A stretch of 57,315 bases of DNA, from positions 1 to 57,315 of the forward strand of contig JAVSLV010000063.1 of NCBI GenBank assembly GCA_039666535.1, read 5' to 3'. The notes under the pieces were generated by a model. It was not told where the DNA came from. It saw only the letters and a program-made list of their open reading frames with translations, and ran no database searches. Below, in pieces: positions 44,913 through 56,117 of the stretch. The stretch is from Methanobacterium sp. Lineage in GTDB: Archaea > Methanobacteriota > Methanobacteria > Methanobacteriales > Methanobacteriaceae. The position numbers and the translations under genes are program-made. How positions within the stretch are numbered: position 1 is the stretch's first letter; every line of letters starts with the position of its first letter.

Positions 44913-45069
44913 ATTTTCACCTCTAAATAGCAATTCAGTGGTAAATTGTTGTGAACGGAATGCTAACATTAATCCCTGTTTATATCTTGATCAGTTTTTT
45001 ATTTATAGATTCTATAGAATTTAAACATTAAATCTAAAAAGAATTTAAATAGTTTACGAAGTTCTGATT

Positions 45070-47550
45070 TTAATTACTTTCTCCAATCATTTCAATAACA
45101 TTACTTAACAATTCACTCTGTTTCAACGTCTTAGAATTTCCTACCATTATAAACTTCTTTTTAGCCCTTGTAATCGCCACATTCACCTGCGTTGGTTGTT
45201 CGATAAATTTCTTTATAAATGATCCTAATTTACCTAATTTACTGTTACAAAAGCTCATGATGATAACATCCTTCTCTTTACCCTGAAATCTGTAAACTGT
45301 ATCTACTTCAACGCCATTATTGCCTAACATACTCATTATATTGTTTTTATGTTTGTTATAGGGCGTTATAATACCTATTTCATCAGCACTAATTCCACCC
45401 CTTAAAAAGTTTTCCGTAATTTCTGCAACTAATTGAGCTTCTTTAACATTTTCACAGCCATTTCCAATCCCTTCTTCATAATAATTCAAATTAGCAGTGT
45501 CTATAAATATTAAAGGAGCATTAGAATTTAATATATCCATTTCTAACTCGCATTCAAGACATTGATCTGAAATAGCGTCATATGTTTTAAGTTTTCCATC
45601 ATAAAATAGTTTACTTGCAATATCTGAGATTTTCTGATTCATTCTATACTGTGTATCCAAAAATGTAGATGCATATTTTTCAATTAATCTATTAAAAATA
45701 GATAAATTCAGTTCCTTAGATAACCCAGATTCTTCTATTGGCTGAAGTTGCTTATCATCACCCACTAAAATAAATTTATCACACTTTAGAAGCGGTAAAA
45801 GTGACATGAAACTTGCAACCTGACTTGCCTCATCCATTATCATGCAATCAAATTGAATATCGTCCAGAATGTAATTAGCAGAGGATATAACTGTAGCTGC
45901 GATAATATCTGCATTTTTAATTATCTTAGAATCAATACACTTAATTAAATTCTTTTTATCTCTCCTGTATTTATCAATAGAATCCATTAGATTCTTTATT
46001 TTTCCTGAAATCTTTTCTTTTTTGTTTATTTTTATATGCATTACAGCGTTTAGATCTTTAATTTCAAGCTGTAATAACTCTGCTTTTTTATCAAGATTAA
46101 ATAGATATTCTTTATATGCTTCAAAAATTATCTGTTCCTTATCTTTATTAATTTTATTAGCTTTACAACTATTTTTTAAAGGTATTAATTCATCTAATTG
46201 TTTTAAAAGTTTAATTTCTATTTCTAAAGCATCGGCATCTGGATTTCCAGCCCCATCTGGATAAATGCTATTATATTTTTCCAGGACTGAATCATGAAAA
46301 TCCCAGTATTCATTATATGCATCCTGCATTCTTTCAAAAAAAGCTTTTTTATTATTTAAATCCTCTAAAAATTGATTATATGACTTTTTATTAAAAATAG
46401 ATGTTATTTTTTTGATTAATAATTTCCTATACATACCTTGAATTTCAGATTCCAGATCATAATATAAATTTACATCTGGAAGATTTAATTTTAATTTATC
46501 AAGCTTTGAAATTTCTTTTGAAATATTGTAGTATTTATCAGCATCATTTTCTAAATTTTCTTTTTGATGGTTTATTTTCAGATAATCTTGTGTATCAAAC
46601 TCTAAATCTTTGCCATAATTTTCTGCTATTTTTGAATATTTATATTTAATTTTCAATAAATTACTCAAAGTTTTTTCATGTTGTTCTCTTTTCGTTAAAA
46701 TGCCTGATATAATAGCCTGCTCTCTTTTTAGTTCCTCTTTTAAATATTTAATATTCTCAAATGCATCTCCAATTAAATCATCTATTCTTTTAATTTCATT
46801 CCAGTCATTATGGATCTTCCTTTTTTCATAGAGCGAATATTTTCGATTCAATTTTGAAATTTTATTTTTAGGTCCTATTCTTAATATTTTATCTCCAAGT
46901 TCAGGAATTCTTTCAATTATGTTATCAACTGCAATGTTAGTCCAGGCAGTTACAAGAATTTTTTCTTCTCTACGGACCATTTGCCTGATTATTTCAGTTA
47001 TTACATATGTTTTACCTGTTCCTGGAGGGCCTATGATTAGATGAAAGTTTTCAGCATTTATTGCGCGGAAGACTGCTTCAGCTTGACTTGGATTCAATGT
47101 TTTACTTATGAAGTTTACTTCTTCATATCTATATCCTGGTTTACCTGTTCCTATTATTAAATCTAAAATTTTTTTATTTTGTTTACTTAAACTACCTTCT
47201 TCTATTCTTTTAATTGCCTTTTCAAGTCTATCTAATGTAATATTCATTAAACTGGTGTCAATATTAACATATGTATCCTTAAATTTCGATGGATCATTTT
47301 TAAATTCAATTTTAACAGTTGATCCATGTGATTCAATCACAAAACCAGACTCATCATCTACAAGAAGAAATGCACCTTTATAAAAATTAAATTTCTTATC
47401 TAATTTTACTTTGATAGATTTTTCAAAAGGGTTTATTTTTGATACGTATCCATTTATAGTTTTAGCTGGCTCTTTTCGCATTTCTATAAATGACTTAATT
47501 TCACAGGTTAGTTCTTTATAGTTCCATTTAGTGATATAGAACCTATCCAT
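45070..47550 (-). CDS. Upf1/DNA2/NAM7-like SF1 helicase with long coiled-coil insertion
   Basis: LNPSQ, GPPGTGKT, TNIAVDNI, DEASQ, VGDDKQL, QYRM, ITPY, FQGKE and NVAITRAK motifs; about 300 helical residues lie between motifs Ia and II. Confidence 0.9.
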   Translation of the reverse strand: MDRFYITKWNYKELTCEIKSFIEMRKEPAKTINGYVSKINPFEKSIKVKLDKKFNFYKGAFLLVDDESGFVIESHGSTVKIEFKNDPSKFKDTYVNIDTSLMNITLDRLEKAIKRIEEGSLSKQNKKILDLIIGTGKPGYRYEEVNFISKTLNPSQAEAVFRAINAENFHLIIGPPGTGKTYVITEIIRQMVRREEKILVTAWTNIAVDNIIERIPELGDKILRIGPKNKISKLNRKYSLYEKRKIHNDWNEIKRIDDLIGDAFENIKYLKEELKREQAIISGILTKREQHEKTLSNLLKIKYKYSKIAENYGKDLEFDTQDYLKINHQKENLENDADKYYNISKEISKLDKLKLNLPDVNLYYDLESEIQGMYRKLLIKKITSIFNKKSYNQFLEDLNNKKAFFERMQDAYNEYWDFHDSVLEKYNSIYPDGAGNPDADALEIEIKLLKQLDELIPLKNSCKANKINKDKEQIIFEAYKEYLFNLDKKAELLQLEIKDLNAVMHIKINKKEKISGKIKNLMDSIDKYRRDKKNLIKCIDSKIIKNADIIAATVISSANYILDDIQFDCMIMDEASQVASFMSLLPLLKCDKFILVGDDKQLQPIEESGLSKELNLSIFNRLIEKYASTFLDTQYRMNQKISDIASKLFYDGKLKTYDAISDQCLECELEMDILNSNAPLIFIDTANLNYYEEGIGNGCENVKEAQLVAEITENFLRGGISADEIGIITPYNKHKNNIMSMLGNNGVEVDTVYRFQGKEKDVIIMSFCNSKLGKLGSFIKKFIEQPTQVNVAITRAKKKFIMVGNSKTLKQSELLSNVIEMIGESN

Positions 47551-47556
47551 CTTATC

Positions 47557-48270
47557 TTATCCTGAAACATTTAAAGATCCATCTTCAAGAGCTTCACTTT
47601 CTTCCCAAACACCTTTAAAAAATTCCAATGCCATTTTAACATGATTTTGATCCTTGATAATTACTCCAGCTTCATAATTAACTGATAAACCCCTTCTTGT
47701 GAGGTTTGCTGAAGAAATAATGGCTATTTCAGAATCAATGAGAATCATCTTAGCGTGCAGATCGTTATTGTACCTTATATCTGCACCTTGCTTTTTAAGA
47801 ACCCGTATTTTGTCGATATCAGTTATTCCACTTTTAACATCTTCTTCTCTAAAATTAGTGATGATTTTCATATCTATTTGGTTATTTATTTCTTTAAATT
47901 CATCCACAAGATATGTTATCCATGGAGAGCAAATTAAAACTTCTTTTTCTGCTTTAGCCAGATTTTTTCTGATTTCAGCGTACACTGTTCCTGTTGAATT
48001 AGGGGTTGTAACTATAAAGTCAAATCTATCTCCAGCTCGCTTATTATCTAACTTTAGTTTTCTATTTTCTGATTTTAGTTTTTTTATTTGTTCTATGAGC
48101 CTATTTCTATCAACTAAATCTGATTGTAATTCTGTTAATGTGTTTTTATATTCTTCATTCTGCTTTTTATACACTTCATTTTCAGATTTTAAAGTTTCAA
48201 AAACCTCTTTATTCTTTCTATAGCTTCTAATTTTTTCCAAAATTTCTAAAATTTCCTCTGAAACTTTCAT
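47557..48270 (-). CDS. Coiled-coil plus phospholipase D (single HKD) nuclease-like protein
   Basis: CSPWI and LHAKMILID...SSANLT...NYEAG motifs; N-terminal heptad region. Confidence 0.88.
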   Translation of the reverse strand: MKVSEEILEILEKIRSYRKNKEVFETLKSENEVYKKQNEEYKNTLTELQSDLVDRNRLIEQIKKLKSENRKLKLDNKRAGDRFDFIVTTPNSTGTVYAEIRKNLAKAEKEVLICSPWITYLVDEFKEINNQIDMKIITNFREEDVKSGITDIDKIRVLKKQGADIRYNNDLHAKMILIDSEIAIISSANLTRRGLSVNYEAGVIIKDQNHVKMALEFFKGVWEESEALEDGSLNVSG

Positions 48271-48471
48271 ATAAATTCAGGCCACCGAATTTCATTTATA
48301 GTTGAGGTCATCCCAATTTTTCTAAAACATTTAAAATTCTTGAATATGGTTCTGGGATAACATCATGTTTTAAAGTTAATTAACACGACCCCTACCAGTT
48401 AAACTCTATATATTTATTTTTATTTAAAAGTAACTTCTTCAAAAATGAAAAAAAGGAGAAAAGTTTAGAAA

Positions 48472-48663
48472 TTAAGCTTTAATTTCTTGAATTCTCCGTT
48501 TTACTCCTTTGATCTCCTTTTCTAACTCATCTATATATTTTTCTAGCATTTCTGTTTCCTCTTCTCTGCTTAAGAAATGCCTGTGCCTGATTATAGAGTT
48601 ACATTCCATGTAAGGTATGGATATGTCTTTTTTACCTCTAACAGGTTCACAACACTCACACAT
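48472..48663 (-). CDS. Small Cys/His-containing coiled-coil protein (DUF5320-like)
   Basis: MCECC N-terminus and RHFLSREEETEMLEKY..ELEKEIKGVKRRI; GAGGTG RBS. Confidence 0.7.
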   Translation of the reverse strand: MCECCEPVRGKKDISIPYMECNSIIRHRHFLSREEETEMLEKYIDELEKEIKGVKRRIQEIKA

Positions 48664-48680
48664 ATTAATCACCTCTATAG

Positions 48681-48780
48681 TATACACATAGTAGTAGGTA
48701 TGTGTATAACATATAGTATAAAAAGGAAAGTATTTAAAATATGAAGTTTATATCACTAAACAAAGTATATAAAAGGATAC
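48681..48780. promoter_or_regulatory. Putative operator sites between the divergent DUF5320-like and HxlR genes
   Basis: Perfect 10-bp inverted repeat TATACACATA-N8-TATGTGTATA (48681-48708) and GTAT-N8-ATAC (48765-48780). Confidence 0.5.
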
Positions 48781-48785
48781 ATAGT

Positions 48786-49130
48786 ATGTGCAGAGAAAGT
48801 AATTGCAAAAAAGAAGATTTTTGTCTTTGTCCTATTCATGGGATAGTGGATGTGGTAAGTAAAAAATGGGTAATATGCGTGCTCACCTCCTTAAGAGATG
48901 GTTCATTAAGATACAGCCAGATTAAGAAAAATATAGGAGAAATATCTCCTAAAACTCTTTCAAATACATTAAAAACTTTAGAGCAAGAGGAATTAATAGA
49001 AAGAAGGGTTTATGCCGAAACCCCACCAAGGGTAGAATATTCCCTTACAAACTCAGGGAAAGAGCTACAAACAGCATTAATGCCGCTGGTTAACTGGGTG
49101 AGAAGTAGAGATAAAGTCAAAAAAGTGTAA
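48786..49130 (+). CDS. HxlR/DUF24-family winged-helix regulator
   Basis: CP...KKW, ISPKTLS..LK.LE and PPRVEYSLT..G motifs. Confidence 0.9.
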   Translation: MCRESNCKKEDFCLCPIHGIVDVVSKKWVICVLTSLRDGSLRYSQIKKNIGEISPKTLSNTLKTLEQEELIERRVYAETPPRVEYSLTNSGKELQTALMPLVNWVRSRDKVKKV

Positions 49131-49160
49131 ACTTATTCAAAAACCCAATTTTTTTGAAAA

Positions 49161-49433
49161 TTAAGTTTCTGAAATTATTATAAATTCACCAACTTTTTCT
49201 ACCTTTCCAAATGGAACCAGCAGATGATCTCCTTTTTTCTTTGCACCTTTAACATGGATGTTTTTGTTTTTTTCAAGCTTTATAACAACATCGGTGATTT
49301 TTCCTGTTTTCCCGTTTATTATAAGTTCATCAAGTTCACCCAATATTCTTGCATTGTTTGTTGCAACCTGATATCCTTTAATTTCGCTCCAGACCTTTTC
49401 TTCTCCTTTAATAAGTTTTCTCTCTTCATTCAT
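49161..49433 (-). CDS. PRC-barrel domain protein
   Basis: GYQV...ILGELDELII...TGKI and VPFGKVEKVGEFIII. Confidence 0.85.
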   Translation of the reverse strand: MNEERKLIKGEEKVWSEIKGYQVATNNARILGELDELIINGKTGKITDVVIKLEKNKNIHVKGAKKKGDHLLVPFGKVEKVGEFIIISET

Positions 49434-50018
49434 CTAATCACCCACCAGTTTCTTAAAAAGTTTTATGTCTTCACAGGTATTAATGTTCAGGGCAAGTTCT
49501 ATTTTTTCTACAATTAAAACTTCCTCATCTTGAATCTTGTTAATACCTCTTAATATATTTAATCCTGATGGCACCAGATTATCAAACACTGTGGTGGGTT
49601 TGATTGAGTATTCCCTGAAAAGATTGAGTGGAACCATGACACTCATGGCTGGCTTTGGAGATTTTTCATATTTACTCAGCACTTTATCTATAATATCTCC
49701 AGTTATAAGAGGTAAATCTGCAGTTACTGTAAGTAAAATATCATTTTCATCAAAATTAGAAAGAATTAATCCAAGATCATGTATATAATCTTTGCCAGGA
49801 GTCATAATTGTTTTAATCCCAATTTTATTTAAAAATTCATCGGTTTCGGGCGTGTTTTTGCTTGTAGCTACAATTATTTCTTCTACTTTTTTAGACTCAT
49901 TAAGTGCATCAATTACGTATCTGATTAAAGGATAATTATTTATCAATATAAGTGGTTTTTCACCATTAAAATTCATCCTGGTGCCCTTTCCGCCTGCCAT
50001 TATCAAAGCTATTATCAT
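49434..50018 (-). CDS. cobY: GTP:adenosylcobinamide-phosphate guanylyltransferase
   Basis: MAGGKGTRM, EKPL, ADLP and NINT motifs. Confidence 0.85.
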   Translation of the reverse strand: MIIALIMAGGKGTRMNFNGEKPLILINNYPLIRYVIDALNESKKVEEIIVATSKNTPETDEFLNKIGIKTIMTPGKDYIHDLGLILSNFDENDILLTVTADLPLITGDIIDKVLSKYEKSPKPAMSVMVPLNLFREYSIKPTTVFDNLVPSGLNILRGINKIQDEEVLIVEKIELALNINTCEDIKLFKKLVGD

Positions 50019-50153
50019 TTAGCTCCCTTAAAGTAGTATTACTTAAAGCACTGTAAAGTTTTTTGGGTCTTGATGTAAAATTCCTGAAATTCCTTAAAGC
50101 CCCAAATACAAATCAGGAAAGCACATTTCAACGCCCATAATTTTACACACTCA

Positions 50154-50909
50154 TTAAATCCCAAAAAATATTGATGCATTTTCATTTGAAACTTTATCAA
50201 CATCCTTTTCTTCAAATCCTGCTAATCTCATTTTATGTACAGTTTTAGGGACAGATAAAGGGTCTGAAGGTGAAGAGCTCATATCACTATCTAATGTAAA
50301 TTTTTCAAATCCATACTCTGAGATTAATGAAACTGCTTCTTCTGGAGTCATTTTTAGGGGCTGTACCGTAATTCCAATCATTGATCCAAATTCAATAACG
50401 TCGTCAGCAATGCTTTTATCCACGTGATCTATTATAACCATTTCTGGATCAATATTTTCCTCAATGATTGAAGTTATAACTCCTGTAACTTCCTTTTTGT
50501 TCCTGCGTGGTGTGTGAACAAGCACTTTCATTTCAAGACTTTCAGCAAGCTTCAACTGTCTTTTAAATACTTCTTTTTCCGATTTAGATGCAGTTTCAAG
50601 GCCTATTTCTCCAACTGCCACCACAATATCTTTTTTTAGATAGCATGGTAGCTTTTCAAGTGCTCTTTCAAAATCAGCTGAAATGCTTCGAGGATGAATT
50701 CCAATGGCGGCGTATAATTTTAAACCATTACTGGCAGCTCTTTTAATATCATTGCTTAAAATTCTGTCCCAGTGATCAAATACAACCTGAGATGTGCTCA
50801 TTTTTAATGGATCATGGGCACATGTAACTGCTTTTTCTATCCCTGCTATTTTCATCAGCTCAAAGTCTTCATAAGGTCTTGTATCTGCATGCATGTGTGA
50901 GTCTATCAT
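50154..50909 (-). CDS. TatD-family metallohydrolase
   Basis: IDSHMH, GIHP, GEIGL, VHTP and DH motifs. Confidence 0.88.
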   Translation of the reverse strand: MIDSHMHADTRPYEDFELMKIAGIEKAVTCAHDPLKMSTSQVVFDHWDRILSNDIKRAASNGLKLYAAIGIHPRSISADFERALEKLPCYLKKDIVVAVGEIGLETASKSEKEVFKRQLKLAESLEMKVLVHTPRRNKKEVTGVITSIIEENIDPEMVIIDHVDKSIADDVIEFGSMIGITVQPLKMTPEEAVSLISEYGFEKFTLDSDMSSSPSDPLSVPKTVHKMRLAGFEEKDVDKVSNENASIFFGI

Positions 50910-51829
50910 ATAAACCCCTCTTTTTCTAGATCTTCATATGCAGACAGTGCAGCCACTGCACCTTCCCCACATGCCACCACCCACTGATTAACTCCACCGG
51001 TGATGTCCCCCGCAGCATATATCCGGGGTAGGTTTGTTCTTTGACTTTTATCTGTGGTAATATAACCGCTTCTGCCCATTTCAACCCCAATATCTGCTGC
51101 CAAACTGTTAGATGGTATCTCTCCAACTGCTATGAATATTCCGTCTATATCATATTCTTTTTTGATATCTTTTTTCAGGTGGTGCAGTGTTATCTTTTCA
51201 ACGAACTTATCGCCTTTTATTTCATCTAAAACCGTGCTCCAGATTACTGGAATATCCTTCTCCTTTAACTTTTCCTGTAAATATTTTTCTGCCCGGAGTT
51301 CATCTCTTCTGTGAACAATAGCCACATAACAACCAATGGTATCAAGATACAAGGCCCCCTCGACTGCTGTATTTCCACCACCAACTACTAAAATCTTTTT
51401 ATCCATGAATAAGGGCCCATCACAAACTACACAATAAAATACTCCTTTTCCAAGAAATTCTGATTCTCCAGGCACGCCTAACTTTCTATGAGTGGTTCCA
51501 GTACATAATATAACTGATTTAGCATTATAATCCTTTTTTTGAGATGATACCAGTATCTGGTTATTATTGATGATCTCGAGTTTTTTTACTTCCTCAAGTT
51601 CATTGATTTTGACATACTTTAATGCCTGTTTTTTGATGTACTCTACAAGCTTCATGCCAGGAATTAATTCAAAGCCAGGGTAATTTTCTATATTAGGAAC
51701 CATCAGTGCTGCCCCTCCAATTATACTTTTTTCAAGGATCAATGTTTTTAATCCCTGTCTTCCAGCATAAATACCTGCTGTTAATCCTGCAGGCCCTGAA
51801 CCAATAATAATAACATCATACTCATCCAT
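50906..51829 (-). CDS. trxB: Thioredoxin-disulfide reductase
   Basis: GSGPAG, ENYPG, CVVCDG, GGGNTA, HRR and AAGD motifs. Confidence 0.9.
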   Translation of the reverse strand: MDEYDVIIIGSGPAGLTAGIYAGRQGLKTLILEKSIIGGAALMVPNIENYPGFELIPGMKLVEYIKKQALKYVKINELEEVKKLEIINNNQILVSSQKKDYNAKSVILCTGTTHRKLGVPGESEFLGKGVFYCVVCDGPLFMDKKILVVGGGNTAVEGALYLDTIGCYVAIVHRRDELRAEKYLQEKLKEKDIPVIWSTVLDEIKGDKFVEKITLHHLKKDIKKEYDIDGIFIAVGEIPSNSLAADIGVEMGRSGYITTDKSQRTNLPRIYAAGDITGGVNQWVVACGEGAVAALSAYEDLEKEGFI

Positions 51830-51850
51830 TGTATCACCATAATACTTTAA

Positions 51851-53713
51851 TTAAGTCTTCTCCTTAATTATTTTATCCTTCAAAAGTTTATTTACAAGCT
51901 TACCATCAGCCTTTCCTTTAAGTTTTTTCATGGCCATTCCCATGAGAGGTCCCATCGCATCGCTCCCACGATCACTGATCATCTCTTTACCTGACTCCAC
52001 AATCTCTGCAATTATCTTTTCCACATCCTCTACAGACAGCATAATTAAATTAAGGCTTTCCGCTGCTTTTTGCGGCGAATTATCTTCTTTACATATATTT
52101 TCCATGATTTGTGGGATGGCATCCCTTGAAATTTTACCTTCCACTAAAAGATTAAAGAGGTCAATCATCACGCTCTTATTCAATTTCTCTGTATCATACC
52201 CATCTCTTTTTAATTCCTTTAAGGTGTAAGCAAGTGTTGATGCAAGTGTTGTGGAATCTGCATTCACCTGTTGTTTAATTTCTTCGAAACTATCTGCCCT
52301 ATCATTTCTTACAAGCTGTGCTGCAAGGTCTTCGCTTAAACTGTACCCTTTAATTAGTCTTGCCTTTTTTTCTTCTGGAAGTTCAGGTAAATTAGCTTTA
52401 ATATGCTCCAGTAAATCTTTAGATATGCTTTTTGCAGGAATATCAGTTTCAACGTACATCCTGCTTGCTGTAGGAAGAGGTCTCAGGTATTCAGTGTTTC
52501 CATCAAGAGTTGCTTTCCTTGTTTCTTCAGGCACACCTTTTAAAGCCATTTTAGCTCTTCTTTGAACAACTTGCAGAGCATTAATTACTTTTTCCTTATC
52601 ATCTGCTATTAAAATAAATGCATCATTTAAATCTGCTCCTAAAAACTGGTTTAAAGCCTTAACTTCACAATCTTTGATCCCGTATGCAGGTAGCTCGTCT
52701 GTATGGAAAAGACCTGATACTCCCATTTTTTTAGCATATCCTGCTAACTCTGTTCCAAATCTTCTTTTAGGTTGTATTTCCATTCCAATTAATCCTTTAA
52801 ATCCTTTGAGTTTAACTGCAAAGACGCTTTCAGCTTTCTGTATGATCAAAGAACCTGAACCGCTTAAAACTCCTGCAACATCGTACAGTTTATCTTCAAC
52901 TGATGCACCTCTTTTAAGCAACACATCTCTTATTTTTAAAAGGTTTATTTGCCTCATAACTTCATTATCAACCATTTCAGGTATTAGATCAAGGTCCTGA
53001 ACTCCTTTTATCTCAACCCTCGCTCCTTCTTTTATGGAAATATTCAAATCCTGACGTATAGTTCCAAGTCCTCTTTTAACTTTGGTGCTTCTTAATACCT
53101 GGCCGATCTGGTAGGCCACATCTTTTACCTGCTCTGGATGTTTCATGGAAGGATCTGTGGTTATTTCTACAAGTGGGATTCCAAGCCTGTCCAGCCTGAA
53201 TGTAACCATGCCTTTTTCATGCCCCATCCTCCTTGCAGCGTCTTCTTCAAGGCAAAGGTTTTCAATTACAACATCGCCATACTCTGTTTCAAGTATTCCA
53301 CGGGTTGCAACAAGCCCTGTTCTTTGAAAACCTCCAGTGTTACTTCCATCAATAACCTGCTTTCTCATGACGTGGAATTCGTCCACAACATGCATGTTAA
53401 GTAAGCTTGCAAGTATAAGAGATATTTCAAGTGCTTCTATGTTTAAAGGATGAGGCGGCTCTTCGTCTACCTCAACAAGGCATGTTTCGTGAGTATAAGC
53501 TTCATAAATAAAACTCAGTTTCCTTTTTGCTTCTTCAAAGGCAGCCCTGTCTATTTTTCCAAGTTCACTTTGAGTTGGCCTTAGATTTCTTAAAACTTTA
53601 AATTCGGGATTTTTACTGGTTAAATCACATTTACATGGGCAAAAAAGCTTTTCATCAGTATTCAGTTGCTGGTGTACTTCAAGACCTATTTTAAGTCCAA
53701 GTTTTTCATACAT
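51851..53713 (-). CDS. gatE: Glu-tRNA(Gln) amidotransferase subunit E
   Basis: [29 protein letters not shown] and RMYVETD motifs. Confidence 0.96.
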   Translation of the reverse strand: MYEKLGLKIGLEVHQQLNTDEKLFCPCKCDLTSKNPEFKVLRNLRPTQSELGKIDRAAFEEAKRKLSFIYEAYTHETCLVEVDEEPPHPLNIEALEISLILASLLNMHVVDEFHVMRKQVIDGSNTGGFQRTGLVATRGILETEYGDVVIENLCLEEDAARRMGHEKGMVTFRLDRLGIPLVEITTDPSMKHPEQVKDVAYQIGQVLRSTKVKRGLGTIRQDLNISIKEGARVEIKGVQDLDLIPEMVDNEVMRQINLLKIRDVLLKRGASVEDKLYDVAGVLSGSGSLIIQKAESVFAVKLKGFKGLIGMEIQPKRRFGTELAGYAKKMGVSGLFHTDELPAYGIKDCEVKALNQFLGADLNDAFILIADDKEKVINALQVVQRRAKMALKGVPEETRKATLDGNTEYLRPLPTASRMYVETDIPAKSISKDLLEHIKANLPELPEEKKARLIKGYSLSEDLAAQLVRNDRADSFEEIKQQVNADSTTLASTLAYTLKELKRDGYDTEKLNKSVMIDLFNLLVEGKISRDAIPQIMENICKEDNSPQKAAESLNLIMLSVEDVEKIIAEIVESGKEMISDRGSDAMGPLMGMAMKKLKGKADGKLVNKLLKDKIIKEKT

Positions 53714-53727
53714 TAAATCACCATGTT

Positions 53728-55041
53728 TTATACTAAAAAATATTTTAAAGACGTTTTATCTTGAATTTCTCCTGCAATATTAGTTTGGATAATCTTTTCT
53801 ACTTCTTTTACATCATCTGTCTGTCCAAGAGTCCATATGAGCTTTACAAATGCAGTTTCAGGCAGCATATCTCCTGCAGAGATCACGCCTGCAGAGATGA
53901 GCTTCCTTCCAGTGCTGTAAACATGCATGTTCACCATCCCGTACAGGCACTGAGATGCCATTACCACAGGGATTTTTTCATCTCCTGCACGCTCTATTGA
54001 AGATATAATATCTTCTGGGCAGTGCCCCAGACCAGTTCCCTCTAAAAGAATTCCTTTATATCCCTTGTCAATATGATAATCGATCAATTCACCAGATATC
54101 CCAGGATAGCTTTTAATAAATGCAACATTCGGTTCTATGGAGTCTCGGTAGTTTACTTCGCCCCCATTCCTTGTTCTGTATTTTAATTCCTCGTCAAGAA
54201 CTTCTATATTCCCATTTTGAACCTTTGCAATAGGAGAAATGTTTATACTCCTGAAAGTGTCTCTTCGGGAGGTGTGCATCTTCCTTACCTTGGTACCTCT
54301 GTGTAAAAGGCCAAAATCGTCATTTTCTGTGGCATGCATACAGACCATAACCTCTGCAATGTCTGATTTTGCTGCAGCTACAGAATTAATGAGATTTAAA
54401 TATGCATCAGATGAAGGCCTGTCTGAGCTTCTTTGAGCTCCAGTAAGAACAACTGGCACATGAGTATCCAGAATAAAGCTTAAAGCTGCTGAGGTGTAAT
54501 GCATGGTGTCTGTTCCATGAGCAACCACCACTCCATAAGCTCCTCCATTTATTTCATCTGCAACAGAATGCGCCACATCAACCCAGTACTCCGGCCGCAT
54601 GTTTTCACTTAATATGTTAAAAACAGCCTTTCCCCTGATGTTTGCATGTTCAAGAAGCTCTGGATTTGCCCTTAAAAGGTCGTCTGCAGTAAATGCCGGG
54701 TGGACAGCACCAGTTTTATAATCAATTATTGAAGCAACAGTCCCTCCTGTGGATATAATAGATATATCATGTTTATCTGGATCCTTTTGAATTTCAAGGT
54801 GTTCTAATTCAATTTTTGGTTTTTCACCCTTTTCAAGAAGTTCTATTTTTGCATCCTGTATATCCAAACCGATATTGTAACCATTTTTAAGCTTTAAAAC
54901 TACATGAAATTCATCAGCATCTTCAGCCCTATCCAAAACCATTCCCTCATAATAAATATCATCCTTTGTAATTTTAACATTATCTCCAATCGATATTCCT
55001 GCAGATTCTAAAAATTTCCTGGAAATTCCCCTGTAAACCAT
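53728..55041 (-). CDS. gatD: Glu-tRNA(Gln) amidotransferase subunit D
   Basis: [23 protein letters not shown] and [12 protein letters not shown] motifs. Confidence 0.96.
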   Translation of the reverse strand: MVYRGISRKFLESAGISIGDNVKITKDDIYYEGMVLDRAEDADEFHVVLKLKNGYNIGLDIQDAKIELLEKGEKPKIELEHLEIQKDPDKHDISIISTGGTVASIIDYKTGAVHPAFTADDLLRANPELLEHANIRGKAVFNILSENMRPEYWVDVAHSVADEINGGAYGVVVAHGTDTMHYTSAALSFILDTHVPVVLTGAQRSSDRPSSDAYLNLINSVAAAKSDIAEVMVCMHATENDDFGLLHRGTKVRKMHTSRRDTFRSINISPIAKVQNGNIEVLDEELKYRTRNGGEVNYRDSIEPNVAFIKSYPGISGELIDYHIDKGYKGILLEGTGLGHCPEDIISSIERAGDEKIPVVMASQCLYGMVNMHVYSTGRKLISAGVISAGDMLPETAFVKLIWTLGQTDDVKEVEKIIQTNIAGEIQDKTSLKYFLV

Positions 55042-55264
55042 AAAATCACCGTTATTTTAATTCTTTAAAATAACACATCAAATTTACCTGCGTTTATCAC
55101 GATTTCATCAATATTTAGGCCTGTCGCCGCGCTCGCCATGATTATCATAAATCTCAGCTATAAACATAACACTATATAAATGTTTGTTATAAGTTGATTT
55201 GAACAATGCAAAGCGAGAATTCCAAACACCCCAAAATTTATAAGATGCAAAAAATAAAAGGTGA

Positions 55265-55909
55265 ATGGAAATTCTCATAATCGCTTATGTCCTCGTTTAT
55301 AAAATTAAAAATCGAAACAATCGTTTAAAAAAAATAAAGGAGGAACAGATGAAAGAACCACAACCTTCTCCAAAAGAATATAGTAGAATATATGACAAGA
55401 TAATAAAAAAAGCTGCTAAAAACGAGTTTAGGAGAGATATATATACACTTATACTGTTGTTGGCTATATTCGCAATTCGTGAAGTCTTGGATGGACGATC
55501 GGATTTTTTCAACGCTGCTGTTAAATTTACTGTTTTGTGGTTAATGATAGCGTCTCCTTCGCCGATACAAATAATGTTGTCCTATTATTGTAAGAGCAAA
55601 GAAGAGTTTGCAGATATAGAAACATTGAAAAAGGCGTACAGAAAACTAATAAGAGACATGACCAAAAAGATCCTTTTTATTAGGTTAGGAATAGGTGCCA
55701 TGGTCTTAGTTTATCTTTCGGTTTCCCATTTTTTGCATCATGGTTTTACTTGGGGAGCAATTCAGATCTATATTTTTCTATTGGTGGTTTTTGGTATTTT
55801 ATTTTTATCGACGATCTGTTGCTACAAGGATGATATATCAGAAAAAAGGTTTAAAGAAATAGAATTAGAGGTAGAGGAAAATATTAGAAAAAAGTTTATG
55901 CAGGCTTAG
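55265..55909 (+). CDS. Hypothetical membrane protein
   Basis: 214-aa ORF with about four TM segments; no recognisable motif. Confidence 0.6.
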   Translation: MEILIIAYVLVYKIKNRNNRLKKIKEEQMKEPQPSPKEYSRIYDKIIKKAAKNEFRRDIYTLILLLAIFAIREVLDGRSDFFNAAVKFTVLWLMIASPSPIQIMLSYYCKSKEEFADIETLKKAYRKLIRDMTKKILFIRLGIGAMVLVYLSVSHFLHHGFTWGAIQIYIFLLVVFGILFLSTICCYKDDISEKRFKEIELEVEENIRKKFMQA

Positions 55910-56072
55910 TCTGTAGTGTCTTTTATCAGAGCATAAAAAAATGAAAACAGACAATATATTTGCGAAGTGGACAAAATTATATTATTACCCCATTATATGA
56001 CTTGTTCTTGCATTGATTTATCAGGTTTTAACCTTGGAATAGTATTTTGTGTTTATGTTGTTTGCAGTTGTT

Positions 56073-56115
56073 TGGGGTGCACCCCATTTAGAAGGTAAAA
56101 ATTTAGAAGGTAAAA
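56073..56115. repeat. 14-bp palindrome followed by a 15-bp perfect tandem duplication
   Basis: TGGGGTGCACCCCA (56073-56086); ATTTAGAAGGTAAAA twice (56086-56100 and 56101-56115). Confidence 0.85.
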
Positions 56116-56117
56116 AA

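Noticed and set aside
48271-48400. Short frame HDVIPEPYSRILNVLEKLG* upstream of the PLD gene
   Set aside because: No supportable start or recognisable family; it may be a remnant but I cannot support it.
50019-50153. Possible small ORF between tatD and cobY
   Set aside because: The minus-strand ATG frames close within about 15 codons and show no motif.
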